Shown here piece after piece: positions 46,199-56,214 of a DNA stretch of 64,000 nucleotides. The stretch lies in IMG/VR virus record IMGVR_UViG_3300048834_001178, positions 13,033 through 77,032 of that record; one strand, 5' to 3'. A model generated the notes under the pieces. That model saw only the letters and a program-made list of their open reading frames with translations, had not been told where the DNA came from and ran no database searches. The position numbers were made by a program, and so were the translations under genes. Origin of the DNA: a virus. The stretch's first letter is position 1. Each line of letters opens with the position of its first letter.

Positions 46199-48024
46199 TG
46201 GCCGACCTCCGCTTCAGTGCATGCGGGGGCCGCCTCGCATCTGGGGCCACACAGTCTGAGTGCCTCCGCTCCGCCGGCAATGGATGTCCAGAGTCCGGGG
46301 GACGGTGCTTCGATCGCAAGATCCTTCCATGCGCGCACTACGAGGCGACGCTGACAAAGCTCTCGCTCGTCGCCAGGCTCTCCGGAGAGCCCTTGGAGCA
46401 CATAGAGTCCGGGACGCAGCTCCGTAGGCAGGCGGAACAAATGACCTCGCCTACCCTGCAGCTCTCGAGTGTCTTGGGAAGCAGAACTGTCCAGCGGCGC
46501 AATTCGAAGAATGAGCGGGTCGGCTTCCGTGACGATCGAAATATCGGGTAGACAACCTTCCATGAACGCGCCCCTCTCGTCAGGGGCACGTAGACCCAAC
46601 TCGAATCGGATGGTGTCGCTGGCTTCAGGGGAGAGCCGGAGGTAGAGCTCTGGGTCCACGCCGGCCGGGGCTTCTGAGGGCCATGGGCTAAGGAGTATGC
46701 GGCAACGCCTGTATTCTCGCCAACCAGGCATCGCTTCCGCAATTCCTTGCCAGTCGAAGAATCCAAGATCCTTCAATCGCTGCAGCGACGCAATGACCGC
46801 GTCGGACCGTTGGCTATCCAGTCGGACCACGACCATCACACGTTCATCCGGGTCAGGCTTGCGATCGCTCACGAGGAGCTGGTCGGTTGGTGCGGTGGGA
46901 TCTGGTGCCAAGACCCAGAACTGACGGTCCGGCAAGTCGAGGCTCACAACTCCTGGATAGTTCTCCACTACGTAGCTTGCCGGCGCGAGACTTGGAAGCG
47001 GCTCGCCGATCGGTTGAAACCACTGCGGATCCTCGGAAGCCAACAAATCCCACGAGCGATCATGGATCACTACTCTGCCGCCAGAGTAGTCCCTTCCGCG
47101 CCTCGGACGCGCAGGCCGCAGGCGGTACTCGACGGTGCCGTCGAGCGCGGCCTCTCGAACAAGTCCTGCGGCGACAGTTGGTCGAACTGAGCGCGTATCG
47201 ATACCGGTAGCAATGGCGGATGCGTCTGAGCCGGTCACCGCCAGCGTGTAGACCTCGAAGCACTCCGCAAGGAACGCCTCCCGGAACGCTGCTGGGAATC
47301 GATGGCCTCCAACTCGGTCCCGGCCGAGCACGCGATCGGTGATCCCCTGCCAAAGGTGCGGAGCTCTCTTCACCCGCTGCCTAAGCCAGAAGTCAAACGC
47401 ATCCTGATCGAGAAACGCGGACAACTGCCTAGCTTCGAGCGCGGGTCCCAGCACATGCTCAATCAAGTACACTTTCTCTGATCTGCTAAGCGTTGCCTGA
47501 CTGATGGGGTACATTCGGAACTTCTCGCGTGGACCCTGTCCACGGCGCGCGGTGGGCGCATACCCCTGGGTCAACAACCAAGAATTCCACACTTTCCAGA
47601 GCGGTTCTTCACACTTCTCGCCCGGGGGCATCTTCAGGTCCTGACGATTCTGCGCCGGCTGCGGTCTCAGCGGCCATAACAGCTTCGAGAGCGAGAGGTA
47701 GAACCTGTCATCGCCGGCTGCCCCTCGTTCGCCCGCTGCAAGCACCAGGAAGGCGAGGAACCCGACGCCTAGCGGCCGACCAGACACGTCTACGCCTTCG
47801 ATGGTGCGGACACTGATTCTGCCGTCCACAACGCACCGGTCTCGTACCGCAGCGACGAACTGATCCCGCGCCGATGGACCATCGCAGAGGCCACAGGAGA
47901 CCGCGATCTCAGACAGACGCTCGGCGTCGATGGCGAGAAAGACCGGCTCATCGATCATGCAGCCATCGATCACCGCGGAGATGATCGCGTCGTTCCATCT
48001 GAGGTATTCGTCAGGAGTAGTCAA
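46195..48024 (-). CDS. Hypothetical defence protein (Druantia accessory-like), first gene of the operon
   Basis: TTG start at 48024 after GGAAGG/AGGA; 4-bp overlap with the next gene; YLRWNDAI, YPISQA. Confidence 0.6.
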   Translation of the reverse strand: MTTPDEYLRWNDAIISAVIDGCMIDEPVFLAIDAERLSEIAVSCGLCDGPSARDQFVAAVRDRCVVDGRISVRTIEGVDVSGRPLGVGFLAFLVLAAGERGAAGDDRFYLSLSKLLWPLRPQPAQNRQDLKMPPGEKCEEPLWKVWNSWLLTQGYAPTARRGQGPREKFRMYPISQATLSRSEKVYLIEHVLGPALEARQLSAFLDQDAFDFWLRQRVKRAPHLWQGITDRVLGRDRVGGHRFPAAFREAFLAECFEVYTLAVTGSDASAIATGIDTRSVRPTVAAGLVREAALDGTVEYRLRPARPRRGRDYSGGRVVIHDRSWDLLASEDPQWFQPIGEPLPSLAPASYVVENYPGVVSLDLPDRQFWVLAPDPTAPTDQLLVSDRKPDPDERVMVVVRLDSQRSDAVIASLQRLKDLGFFDWQGIAEAMPGWREYRRCRILLSPWPSEAPAGVDPELYLRLSPEASDTIRFELGLRAPDERGAFMEGCLPDISIVTEADPLILRIAPLDSSASQDTRELQGRRGHLFRLPTELRPGLYVLQGLSGEPGDERELCQRRLVVRAWKDLAIEAPSPGLWTSIAGGAEALRLCGPRCEAAPACTEAEVGQ

Positions 48025-49083
48025 AGTCCTAGTCCTTCCAGACGAACCCGGGTCTGCCGTGGTGCACAAAGGAAGTGGCCATCGGCGATGTGGGAGTTTA
48101 TGGCCTGTTGGGGGGGAGGTGACGCACAGACGATTTCCATTCGCACATCCGAACATCTCCCTTCCGCGACTCCCACGTAATCGTCGCCCACTCTTGTGCC
48201 GCGTCTCGTACTGTGGACAAAGCGGGGGGACCGGCATTGTGCACTCAACATGGCGGTCGACTCCCTCACTTCGCAAAATGGCGCTTCGGGCGGTCGCGAG
48301 CACAGCCTCTTCACGCACAGCTTTCGTGAGAGTCTGCAGGGGAAGCTCGAGGGACTTCTGACACGCCCAACCGTCGCGAAGAGCCGCAGCGTGCGGTGCT
48401 CGTGGTCACGCTGTTTAACCCCGTGCGACAGAAGCCCGTACACGACGAGGTTGTGAGAGCGATGCGGACGTCTCGGTGGTCCACCTTTGATCTTCAGGTC
48501 AGTCCGCGGATTCAGGCTCGGGCACGCGGTTAGTGGTCGATCTTGACGCCCGTGGCCAAGCAGAGCCAAATCTGGCTCGAGAATGCGGTTGCCGAACTGA
48601 TCATCCATCACCAGGCCAGATTTCGATGGCTCCGTTTACCCGGAGATCCTCCGGACCGCTTCCCAAAGCCGCCTCGGACTCTCTCTGGGCAGTCGGAGGC
48701 ACTAACGACTCCCGAAAGCATGCCGAGTTCGAGACACCCATCCGATCGGAGTTTGCAGGGCCCTGCCTTTCCGGCGGGGCCCTCTTTGTTGTCTGGATCG
48801 GCTCGGAACGGCGTGCCCAAGCCGGAGGCGTTGCTCAGACCGAAGTGGCGGTTTCTCGGGGAATTGGGGGGCGTTCGGGCGTCCCAAGAATTGGCCGACG
48901 CAGCGGGATCGATTCTCGGTTCGTGGCGATTGCCGAACCCGTCGGTCGAGACCGCCGACCGTTGGTCTCGCACCGTCCGCCCGGACTCTCGAACTCTCGG
49001 TTTCTCGTGTTGGCGCGGATTCTGGTGAACAGCCCTGTTCCGAGCGCACCCTCGGACCGGCGCGAACTCGGTAGCATGGCCCC

Positions 49084-50211
49084 ATGCCGCTCTATCGAAT
49101 GACCCGCGACGAGATCGCTCAGCTTCCCCCCACGACGTTTGAGGAGCGCCAGCTCCGGGAAACCTCGGATCTACAGCGGCTCATCAGAAGCCATATCGAG
49201 GTCGTTGCGAGCGATCTACTGGTGATCGCCGAGGAGTTCGCCGAGTGGACCGATTCCCGACGGCGCATCGACCTTCTCGCGGTCGATCGCGAGGGTTACC
49301 TGGTGGTCATTGAGCTCAAGCGCGGCGAGGAGGGAGGTCACATGGACCTCCAAGCGATCCGCTACGCGGCCATGGTGTCGAGCATGACCTTTGACAGGGC
49401 GAAGGCTGCGTTCCAGTCGTTTCTGGATCGGCACGATCCGGGTCAGGACGCGGAGGCAAGGCTGCTTGAGTTCCTCCGATGGGATGAGCCGCGGGAAGAG
49501 GAGTTCGGGCGAGATGTACGCATCGTGCTCGTCGCGGCGGATTTCTCGAAGGAAGTCTTGACCTCCGTGCTGTGGCTCAACGAGCGCGACCTTGATATCC
49601 GCTGCGTGCGGCTGAAGCCATACTTGCTCGGCTCCGAGATCGTTCTGGATGTGCAACAGATGGTCCCTCTTCCAGAGGCCGAGGAGTATCAGGTCCGCCT
49701 GCGTGAGAAGGCCATCGTTCAGAGGGAGTCGGCCCGACAAGCCGGGCCCACCGGCTTCTGGTTCATGAACACGGGAGACGGGTCCGGCGAGGGAAGGGCT
49801 TGGGAGGACTGCCAGAGGTACGGATTCATGATGGCAGGCGGCGGTGCACACTGGATCAGCGCGATCAGGAAGTTGAGGGCTGGTGACAAGCTCTTTGCGT
49901 ACCTGAGTGGCCACGGGTATGTCGGCTACGGGGTGGTGACACATGAGGCGGTGCCGCAGGCAGAGTTCGTGCCCACCGGCTTCGAGCAGAAGCTTGTTGA
50001 CCTTCCGGTCGTTGCGCAGACTCAATTGGATCGGCTGCACGATCCGGATCACTGCGACTGGTGTGTCGCCATCAGGTGGATCAAGACGTTGGATCGCGAC
50101 CAAGCGATACTCAAGAGCCGTGCCCGGCGGAGCACGCTCGAGCAGATCCGCAGGCCAGAGTTTGTGAGCGAGCTGCTCCGTGAGTTCGACCCTGAAGGAG
50201 CGACGAGCTAA
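49084..50211 (+). CDS. NucS-like PD-(D/E)XK endonuclease with C-terminal EVE/PUA-like domain
   Basis: RIDLLAVD..VVIELKR..QAIRY; C-terminal WEDCQRYG..LRAGDKLFAY..GYVGYG..IRW. Confidence 0.75.
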   Translation: MPLYRMTRDEIAQLPPTTFEERQLRETSDLQRLIRSHIEVVASDLLVIAEEFAEWTDSRRRIDLLAVDREGYLVVIELKRGEEGGHMDLQAIRYAAMVSSMTFDRAKAAFQSFLDRHDPGQDAEARLLEFLRWDEPREEEFGRDVRIVLVAADFSKEVLTSVLWLNERDLDIRCVRLKPYLLGSEIVLDVQQMVPLPEAEEYQVRLREKAIVQRESARQAGPTGFWFMNTGDGSGEGRAWEDCQRYGFMMAGGGAHWISAIRKLRAGDKLFAYLSGHGYVGYGVVTHEAVPQAEFVPTGFEQKLVDLPVVAQTQLDRLHDPDHCDWCVAIRWIKTLDRDQAILKSRARRSTLEQIRRPEFVSELLREFDPEGATS

Positions 50212-50355
50212 CAGCTCATCGATGGCTCATGATGTTCCACCCGGATCGGCAGGGCGTGCCGCGGACATGCGAGACGCTGAAGTTCGTTAACCAGCCAGTA
50301 TTCCGGTTAGTTGTCCCCTGAAGGCCCCTTGGGTTTGGCCTTCCGAGGACACCAG

Positions 50356-50598
50356 ATGCCATCCCAAGACCTAGCACAGCGCGAGGGCGAAGCGTCCGAG
50401 TCTTCGGCCCGTCGCATGGAACTTGCTTCGCTCTTGGCTGCGGCTCTCCGGCGCTGGCTGGATGGCCCAGGACGAAGCAACCCGCCTTCAACCGAAGCGT
50501 CGCTACACCCTCTTTCTCCGCTTGACGGCGGCGGATGCTCCCCCATCAGTCCGATCGCGAGCCGCTGCGATGGCGGAGCGGAAGGAGGCAACTCGTGA
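50356..50598 (+). CDS. Small hypothetical protein preceding DUF2924
   Basis: GAGGA RBS; ELASLLAAALRR helix; GTGA overlap with the DUF2924 gene. Confidence 0.45.
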   Translation: MPSQDLAQREGEASESSARRMELASLLAAALRRWLDGPGRSNPPSTEASLHPLSPLDGGGCSPISPIASRCDGGAEGGNS

Positions 50599-51119
50599 AG
50601 GTTGATGTCCAAGCGGAGATGCACCGGCTTAACGGCATGAACGGGCCAGCGCTCAAGGCGAAATACCTTGAGGTGTTTGGAGAGGAGAGCCACTCGAACA
50701 ACGCCCAGTATCTGCGGAAGCGGATCATCTGGCAGATTCAGGCCAATGCGATGGGTGGGCTTTCAGAGCGGGCGAGGCTTCGGGCGATGGAACTGGCCGA
50801 CGAGACGTGGCTCAGAACGCGAGCGCACAGGAAGTCCAAGGCCGACCCGGGCCCGGATGCCAACGCTCCGCACGTGGTCATCACCGGTCTCCGCGCCAAT
50901 CCAAGGCCCTCGTCGCCATCCCCCGGCACCGTGCTGGTGCGCGACTATCAGGGACGCCGCATCGTGGTCTCGGTGCTCGCGAAGGGCTTCGAGCACGAGG
51001 GCAAGGTCTACCGCTCACTCTCGGCCGTGGCCAATGCCGTGACCGGGAGCCACTGGAACGGCGCACTCTTCTTTGGACTCAAGCAGAACAAGTCGGCCAA
51101 GTCTGGGAGGGCCACATGA
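50595..51119 (+). CDS. DUF2924 domain protein
   Basis: YLRKRIIWQIQA..GGLS; PGTVLVRDYQG..YRSLSAVANAVTGSHWNGALFFGL. Confidence 0.88.
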   Translation: MKVDVQAEMHRLNGMNGPALKAKYLEVFGEESHSNNAQYLRKRIIWQIQANAMGGLSERARLRAMELADETWLRTRAHRKSKADPGPDANAPHVVITGLRANPRPSSPSPGTVLVRDYQGRRIVVSVLAKGFEHEGKVYRSLSAVANAVTGSHWNGALFFGLKQNKSAKSGRAT

Positions 51120-52720
51120 GCAGAGTCGCCTCGCGTACCGCTCATCGATATTCCTCCGCGCCCGAAGCCGCCTCCCCACCGCCGACGCGCGCCGACGCCA
51201 AGCGGCCCCGGGCGATCAGGTGTGCGATCTACACGAGGAAGTCGAGCGAGGAGGGGCTGGAGCAGGAGTTCAACTCCCTCGACGCCCAGCGTGAAGCCGG
51301 AGAGGCGTACATCACCAGCCAGAAGGCCGAGGGCTGGATCTGCCTGGCCGATCGGTACGACGACGGCGGCTTCACTGGCGGCAACATGGAGCGACCGGGG
51401 GTCAAGCGGCTGATGGAGGATATCGAGGCCGGGCGCATTGATTGCGTCGTGGTCTACAAGGTGGACCGGCTGTCTCGGTCCCTGATGGACTTCGCGAGGA
51501 TGATGTCGCTGTTCGAGACGCACGGGGTGTCGTTTGTTTCCGTCACACAGCAGTTCAACACCACCCACTCGATGGGGCGGCTGACCTTGAACATCCTGCT
51601 CTCGTTCGCCCAGTTTGAGCGAGAGATCATCTCCGAGCGCACTCGCGACAAGATCATGGCTTCCAAGCGCAAGGGCAAGTGGTTCGGAGGCATCAGCCCG
51701 ATGGGGTATCGGAACGAGGGCGGCAAGCTGATCGTGGTCGAGGAGGAGGCGTGTCGCGTCAGGGAGATCTTCGCGATCTACCTGAGGACCGAGTCGCTGG
51801 GGCGTACGGTGGCGGAACTCAAGGAGCGGGGCTGGAAGACGCGGACGCTCGAAACGGCCCGCGGCCGGGCGGTCGGGGGGAGAGAGTTCGAGAAGAGCTT
51901 CGTCTACGCCATGCTGACGAATGTCACCTACATCGGCAGGATCGTGGCTGGCAAGGATCTTGTGGAAGGCCAGCACGAGGCCATCGTGGATGGAGAGGTC
52001 TTTGCACGCGTGCAGGGGCGGCTGGCGGAGAACGCGAGAACGGGCGGAGCCGAAGTCCGGAACGTGGCCGGGGCCGTCCTCAAGGGGCTGATCCGCTGCG
52101 GCGCGTGCGACGCACCGATGCACCACTCGATGACCTCCAAGGACAAGGGGCTGCGGTATCGCTACTACGTCTGCCATCGGGCCAAGACGGAGGGACGACG
52201 CTGCTGCCCTTCCAAGTCGCTGCCCGCTGAGCAGATTGAGCGGTTCGTTCTGGACCACGTGAAGGGGATCGGCAAGGACCGCACTCTCCTGACGCTGGCT
52301 TTCGAGGAGATGCGTCGGCAGGAGAGCGAACGGCTCGCGAGCATGGAAGTTGAGCAGCGGGCCCTTGGCCGCGAGGGCGCGTTCTTGGAGCGGGAGGCCA
52401 CTCGTCTGGCCTCGGATCCGACCAAGGCGGAGCGGCTCGCGGAGGTCTCGATCCGGCTGCACAAGATTGCGGCGCGGCTTGAAGCGATCGCAGCGGAGAT
52501 GAAAGCGGTCCGTGGGAGCATGGCAACACGGGCGGACGCCGAGATGCCAGCCGCCGAGTTCGATCCCATCTGGTCCATGCTGAGTATCCGAGAGCGGTCC
52601 CGGCTGCTGCAGTTGGTCGTGAAGGCGGTCGAGTACGACGGCGGCAGCGGGGAACTTCGGATCACCTTCCACCCCGAGCACGAGTGGCTGGCGGAAGCGG
52701 CCCAGGAGCTGAACGCATGA
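51116..52720 (+). CDS. Large serine recombinase/integrase (resolvase + recombinase + Zn ribbon + coiled coil)
   Basis: CAIYTRKSS, SLDAQRE, DRLSRS, AQFEREIISER, LKGLIRCGAC..YYVC. Confidence 0.93.
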   Translation: MSRVASRTAHRYSSAPEAASPPPTRADAKRPRAIRCAIYTRKSSEEGLEQEFNSLDAQREAGEAYITSQKAEGWICLADRYDDGGFTGGNMERPGVKRLMEDIEAGRIDCVVVYKVDRLSRSLMDFARMMSLFETHGVSFVSVTQQFNTTHSMGRLTLNILLSFAQFEREIISERTRDKIMASKRKGKWFGGISPMGYRNEGGKLIVVEEEACRVREIFAIYLRTESLGRTVAELKERGWKTRTLETARGRAVGGREFEKSFVYAMLTNVTYIGRIVAGKDLVEGQHEAIVDGEVFARVQGRLAENARTGGAEVRNVAGAVLKGLIRCGACDAPMHHSMTSKDKGLRYRYYVCHRAKTEGRRCCPSKSLPAEQIERFVLDHVKGIGKDRTLLTLAFEEMRRQESERLASMEVEQRALGREGAFLEREATRLASDPTKAERLAEVSIRLHKIAARLEAIAAEMKAVRGSMATRADAEMPAAEFDPIWSMLSIRERSRLLQLVVKAVEYDGGSGELRITFHPEHEWLAEAAQELNA

Positions 52721-53112
52721 CGACTGTCTCCTTCAAGGTCCACCTGACGAACGGTCCTGCCGGGAAGCAGGAACTACGGCTCGGCGAGGCACCCCCCAAG
52801 CCAATCCCGGAGGGCCGCGTGCCGCGTGTCAGCCGCCTGATGGCGCTGGCGATCCACTGCGACCGGCTGGTCCGGAGCGGAGAGGTCAGGGACTTTGCCG
52901 AGATAGCCCGCTTGGCCGGGGTCACCCGGGCCAGAATGTCCCAGATCACAAATCTGCTCAACCTCGCGCCGGAGATACAGGAGGAGATTCTCTTCCTTCC
53001 GAGGACGAGGGAGGGGCGGGATGCATTGGGAGAATCCGATCTGCGTGAGCTGCTGGGTGCGGACTTCGAGTGGGCTCGGCAGTTGCAGAAGTGGTCATCG
53101 CTTCGTCCGTGA
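52717..53112 (+). CDS. Small HTH protein associated with the serine recombinase
   Basis: AEIARLAGVTRARMSQITNLLNLAPEIQEEIL; ATGA overlap. Confidence 0.75.
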   Translation: MTTVSFKVHLTNGPAGKQELRLGEAPPKPIPEGRVPRVSRLMALAIHCDRLVRSGEVRDFAEIARLAGVTRARMSQITNLLNLAPEIQEEILFLPRTREGRDALGESDLRELLGADFEWARQLQKWSSLRP

Positions 53113-53305
53113 CCCAATCTTCTTGTAATACAAGAGTCATTCGCGTACGGCCGCATTCGAGGTGGAAGTGGCATGCGAGTAATTACCCAAGCCAGCCGTC
53201 AAGTTTGGCATAATCCTCGCAGCCGTTGGCGCGCCCAACGCGATGTTGGAGCAGTATTCTCGTGTTGACAGGGGTATACACTCAGGCCCAAGGAGGATTC
53301 GCTCC

Positions 53306-54466
53306 ATGGGATCATCAGTGCAGCGCTTCACCCGACCCGAGACGCTCTCGCTCATCTCTCCTTCACTGCTGATGGATTTGCTTCAACGGCATCGAGAGTC
53401 ACTCGGCGAGTGTGGTTTTGCAGTTCCAGTGCAGGGTAAAGCCATCGATCTGGATGCCCTCGCTGCGCTGCTCCAATCCGGGGCTGACAATGTGCCGCTC
53501 GAACTGCTGGATGTGCTGTGGCATGCTCACGAGCTTCGTCATGCCAGAGAGACGGTTCAGTGCGTCGCCCTCGCACATCGAATCGACAGCGCGGCTCTTC
53601 TCGGGATGACCGTTGAAGACATTGTGATCTGGCTCTTTCTCAACCATCCTAAATCGCTGCTTCGAGTTCACGCGGAGCGAGCCTCCAGCCGCAGACACGT
53701 CCTAGTTTGTTTCGCTGGTCGCTATCCGGCGGAGATCCTTTGCAATGCGCCGGTCGAGCCTCGAGTCAATGAGATTGGCATGTTGCTCGACGACGCGTTG
53801 CGTTCACATTGCCGAGGCGCTCGGGTAAGTCAGCATGTATTCAGCCGGAAGTCGCAGATCGAGATCGTGTATGGATTCGGTGGCTCTTTGTCACGGATCG
53901 CGTCGGCGAACAAAGACGCCGTCGATTCGATCACATTTCATCCTCTTGAACATGTGGTTGTTCGTATCGATCGAACGTTGCACCTGTTGCATATCGCAGC
54001 GGAAGTGAAGTGGCTCCGACAGTGCCTACGGCAGGCGGTGGGCAAGGTGTTCTTTGGTGATGAGACACATTTCGGCGATCAGGCGTTGATCTACACACTT
54101 TCACCTCTCCTCCGGGACGGTGCACGTGCCCTTGTGTGCCCAGAGATCCCTGAGATCAAGGCCATTACCCTTATCGAGTTGAAGTACATGCTCCCAGGGT
54201 CGCTGGGACACGTCGTGACACACAACGCCAGTGATTTGCGTGGGCTCCTTGTCAACCTTACAGAAGACGGCGTTCGTGCGCGCGACCTCGTCCATGCAAA
54301 GTTCAAGGTGCAATGTCGCGGAGAGCGAAGAGCCCGCGCTGTGACCGTGTACGAGGGCAACCGCGCGTCGTACTCGAGGGACGATGATCACGACCTCATC
54401 GAACGATGGTTGGCTGGGCGAGGATTCATGGTGGGGAAGCAGCATGCAGGTCGGAAAAGCGCTTGA
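53306..54466 (+). CDS. Conserved hypothetical protein
   Basis: Long ORF with AGGAGG RBS; overlaps the next gene. Confidence 0.7.
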   Translation: MGSSVQRFTRPETLSLISPSLLMDLLQRHRESLGECGFAVPVQGKAIDLDALAALLQSGADNVPLELLDVLWHAHELRHARETVQCVALAHRIDSAALLGMTVEDIVIWLFLNHPKSLLRVHAERASSRRHVLVCFAGRYPAEILCNAPVEPRVNEIGMLLDDALRSHCRGARVSQHVFSRKSQIEIVYGFGGSLSRIASANKDAVDSITFHPLEHVVVRIDRTLHLLHIAAEVKWLRQCLRQAVGKVFFGDETHFGDQALIYTLSPLLRDGARALVCPEIPEIKAITLIELKYMLPGSLGHVVTHNASDLRGLLVNLTEDGVRARDLVHAKFKVQCRGERRARAVTVYEGNRASYSRDDDHDLIERWLAGRGFMVGKQHAGRKSA

Positions 54467-55472
54467 GCAGTTGGGCAGCTGGACAGCCAGAAAGTGCGAG
54501 TGGCGGCACCTGTTGGGTGACGAGTTCGAGGACGTATGTCAATTGCTTCTTCCGGAGCCGGAACTCGCATCGGTTATTCGGCTGCCAGGGCGACGCGAGT
54601 GGCTTCAGGTCGTCTCGCACAGCGACGAAGAACACGTGGCGATTGATCCCGACGAGCCGGAGCCAATCCCTATTGCCCGTGATGACTTGCTTCTATGGAC
54701 GCTTCCAAGCGAGCGGATCTTGGAGCAGGTGATGGGAGCGGTTCCACTTGCGGGCAGTTTGCACAGGATCCCTGATGCGATCACGGTATGGAGAACCGGG
54801 GAGTTGCGCCGGGACGGAAGGAAGATTCCTGCCTACGCATCGCTGGCGATGACGCCGAAGTCGATTGCTTCCGACATCGCGCACATCCGTCAGCTGGCTT
54901 CGGGAGCGTTCATCGTGATGACGCTGCTCGATGATCTACCGCCACTGTCACTGCAGATCATTCAGTCAAAGGCGTCAGCGTGGGTTCGCGTGGATGAGGC
55001 ATTCTCGTGGCAGAGTCCGGGTGTGCTGTGGTGCCGGGATCCCTTCACGGAGCACTTGCCCGATTCGATGCGCCAGCGAGCATCGAGCGCGGACAGATCG
55101 AGCGATCGAGTTTCGATCCCGGTCCCGAAAGAAACTTGCTGGCCTGACGTACAGATGCGCATCGCAGGGACAGACGCAATCACGGTCATCATTCACGGTG
55201 CTTCCGAACAATTGACGCCAGAGCAGTTGGGTCTACTAGACACACGAAGCGGGAGTCCGAAGAAGGCTTGGGTTGAGCTCGGGCGCCTAATTTACGAAGG
55301 CGGATCGCTCAAGGTGGCGGCTGTAGTGGCATCAGGGCGGCAGCGCCAGTTTCAGCACCTTGGGAAAGCGCTGGCGGCGTACTTTCGGATACCTAGCAAA
55401 CCGATCCAATGGAACCGGGGTCAGGTTACTGCTCAGTTCCGCTGTTTGCCCCCCGAAGGCGACAGCGACTAA
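54444..55472 (+). CDS. Conserved hypothetical protein; homolog of 67-762, possible regulator
   Basis: Shared C-terminal motifs and synteny with element 1. Confidence 0.7.
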   Translation: MQVGKALEQLGSWTARKCEWRHLLGDEFEDVCQLLLPEPELASVIRLPGRREWLQVVSHSDEEHVAIDPDEPEPIPIARDDLLLWTLPSERILEQVMGAVPLAGSLHRIPDAITVWRTGELRRDGRKIPAYASLAMTPKSIASDIAHIRQLASGAFIVMTLLDDLPPLSLQIIQSKASAWVRVDEAFSWQSPGVLWCRDPFTEHLPDSMRQRASSADRSSDRVSIPVPKETCWPDVQMRIAGTDAITVIIHGASEQLTPEQLGLLDTRSGSPKKAWVELGRLIYEGGSLKVAAVVASGRQRQFQHLGKALAAYFRIPSKPIQWNRGQVTAQFRCLPPEGDSD

Positions 55473-55589
55473 TCGAAAAGTCGAAACCAGAATTCGATAT
55501 TGTCGAAGATTCCAAGTTGCATAAGTGTCCTATCAGCATGGGCTTACGATACTGAACTCCTACTGCCTCATCGTCAAATCGAAAAGTCG
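55472..55589. promoter_or_regulatory. Paired operator-like sites ATCGAAAAGTCG (55472-55483, 55578-55589)
   Basis: Exact 12-bp repeat at the same location as the element 1 ATCGACAWGTCG pair. Confidence 0.55.
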
Positions 55590-55595
55590 CACAGA

Positions 55596-55707
55596 GCGAG
55601 GATGACGGGCACGGCAAGCGCTGTCATCTTCGCCCCGGGGAACTCATGCCGAGCCCGATGTTCCCCGGGGCTCTTTATGGCCTACGGCCAAAAGGGCTCG
55701 GCACATG
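55596..55707 (+). ncRNA. Structured leader RNA over the sigma-gene RBS (second copy)
   Basis: Perfect 12-bp stem 55632-55643/55660-55671; loop TGCCGAGCCC (55647-55656) complementary to GGGCTCGGCA (55694-55703) before ATG 55705. Confidence 0.6.
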
Positions 55708-56214
55708 GCATTCGACCAGATCCCCCTCCCCACTTCGTTCGCCCAGAAGGTCGCCCGCATCCTTGCGGCCCGGCACGCCCGTCCGGCTTATCGCGAGGAC
55801 TTCGCTGCCGAGATTCTCACCGAGGTCGTCGTTCGCTGGCCGGGTTACGCCGCACAGCGGGGCTCTCCCGAGGCGTACATCGAGGTGGTCTGCCGCAGCA
55901 AGGTGGCCAAACTCGTTCGGGACGGCCGCGCCCAGAAGCGGACCACCGACGCGCCGACGGTCGCGATGGACAGCGTTGACGCCACGGCCGATGCCGCTCC
56001 GTTCCAGCCGTGGGAGATTGGCCACGACGTTGCGGCTGTGCTGGCGATGCTGCCGCCCGAGCTCCGTGCGATGTGCGAGGCCGTGATGCGGGCCGAGTCC
56101 CTCTCGATGGCGGCCCGAGCGGTCGATGAGCCCCGCTCCACGCTGGATTCGAAGCTTGGCCAGCTCCGGCCCCTCTTCGACCGCGCCGGACTCCGGGATT
56201 ATCTCGTGAAGTGA
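55705..56214 (+). CDS. ECF/sigma-70 family sigma factor-like protein
   Basis: EVVVRWPG..RGSPEAYIE; SLSMAARAVDEPRSTL; homolog of 1015-1536. Confidence 0.7.
   Translation: MAFDQIPLPTSFAQKVARILAARHARPAYREDFAAEILTEVVVRWPGYAAQRGSPEAYIEVVCRSKVAKLVRDGRAQKRTTDAPTVAMDSVDATADAAPFQPWEIGHDVAAVLAMLPPELRAMCEAVMRAESLSMAARAVDEPRSTLDSKLGQLRPLFDRAGLRDYLVK

Larger units (their letters stand above)
32056..50211. other. Anti-phage defence island between the two prophage-like elements
   Basis: MTase, McrBC-like pair, DUF1998 helicase operon, NERD helicase, NucS-like nuclease; visibly more A/T-rich codon usage. Confidence 0.8.

Noticed and set aside
48025-48840. ORFs 48021-48611, 48533-49102 and 48543-49028
   Set aside because: No recognisable motifs, RBS or coding bias; treated as non-coding or decayed sequence
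48892-48916. TGGCCGACGCAGCGGGATCGATTC as a reverse-complement tRNA 3' remnant (att site)
   Set aside because: Only a vague resemblance; no T-loop GTTCGA and no cloverleaf
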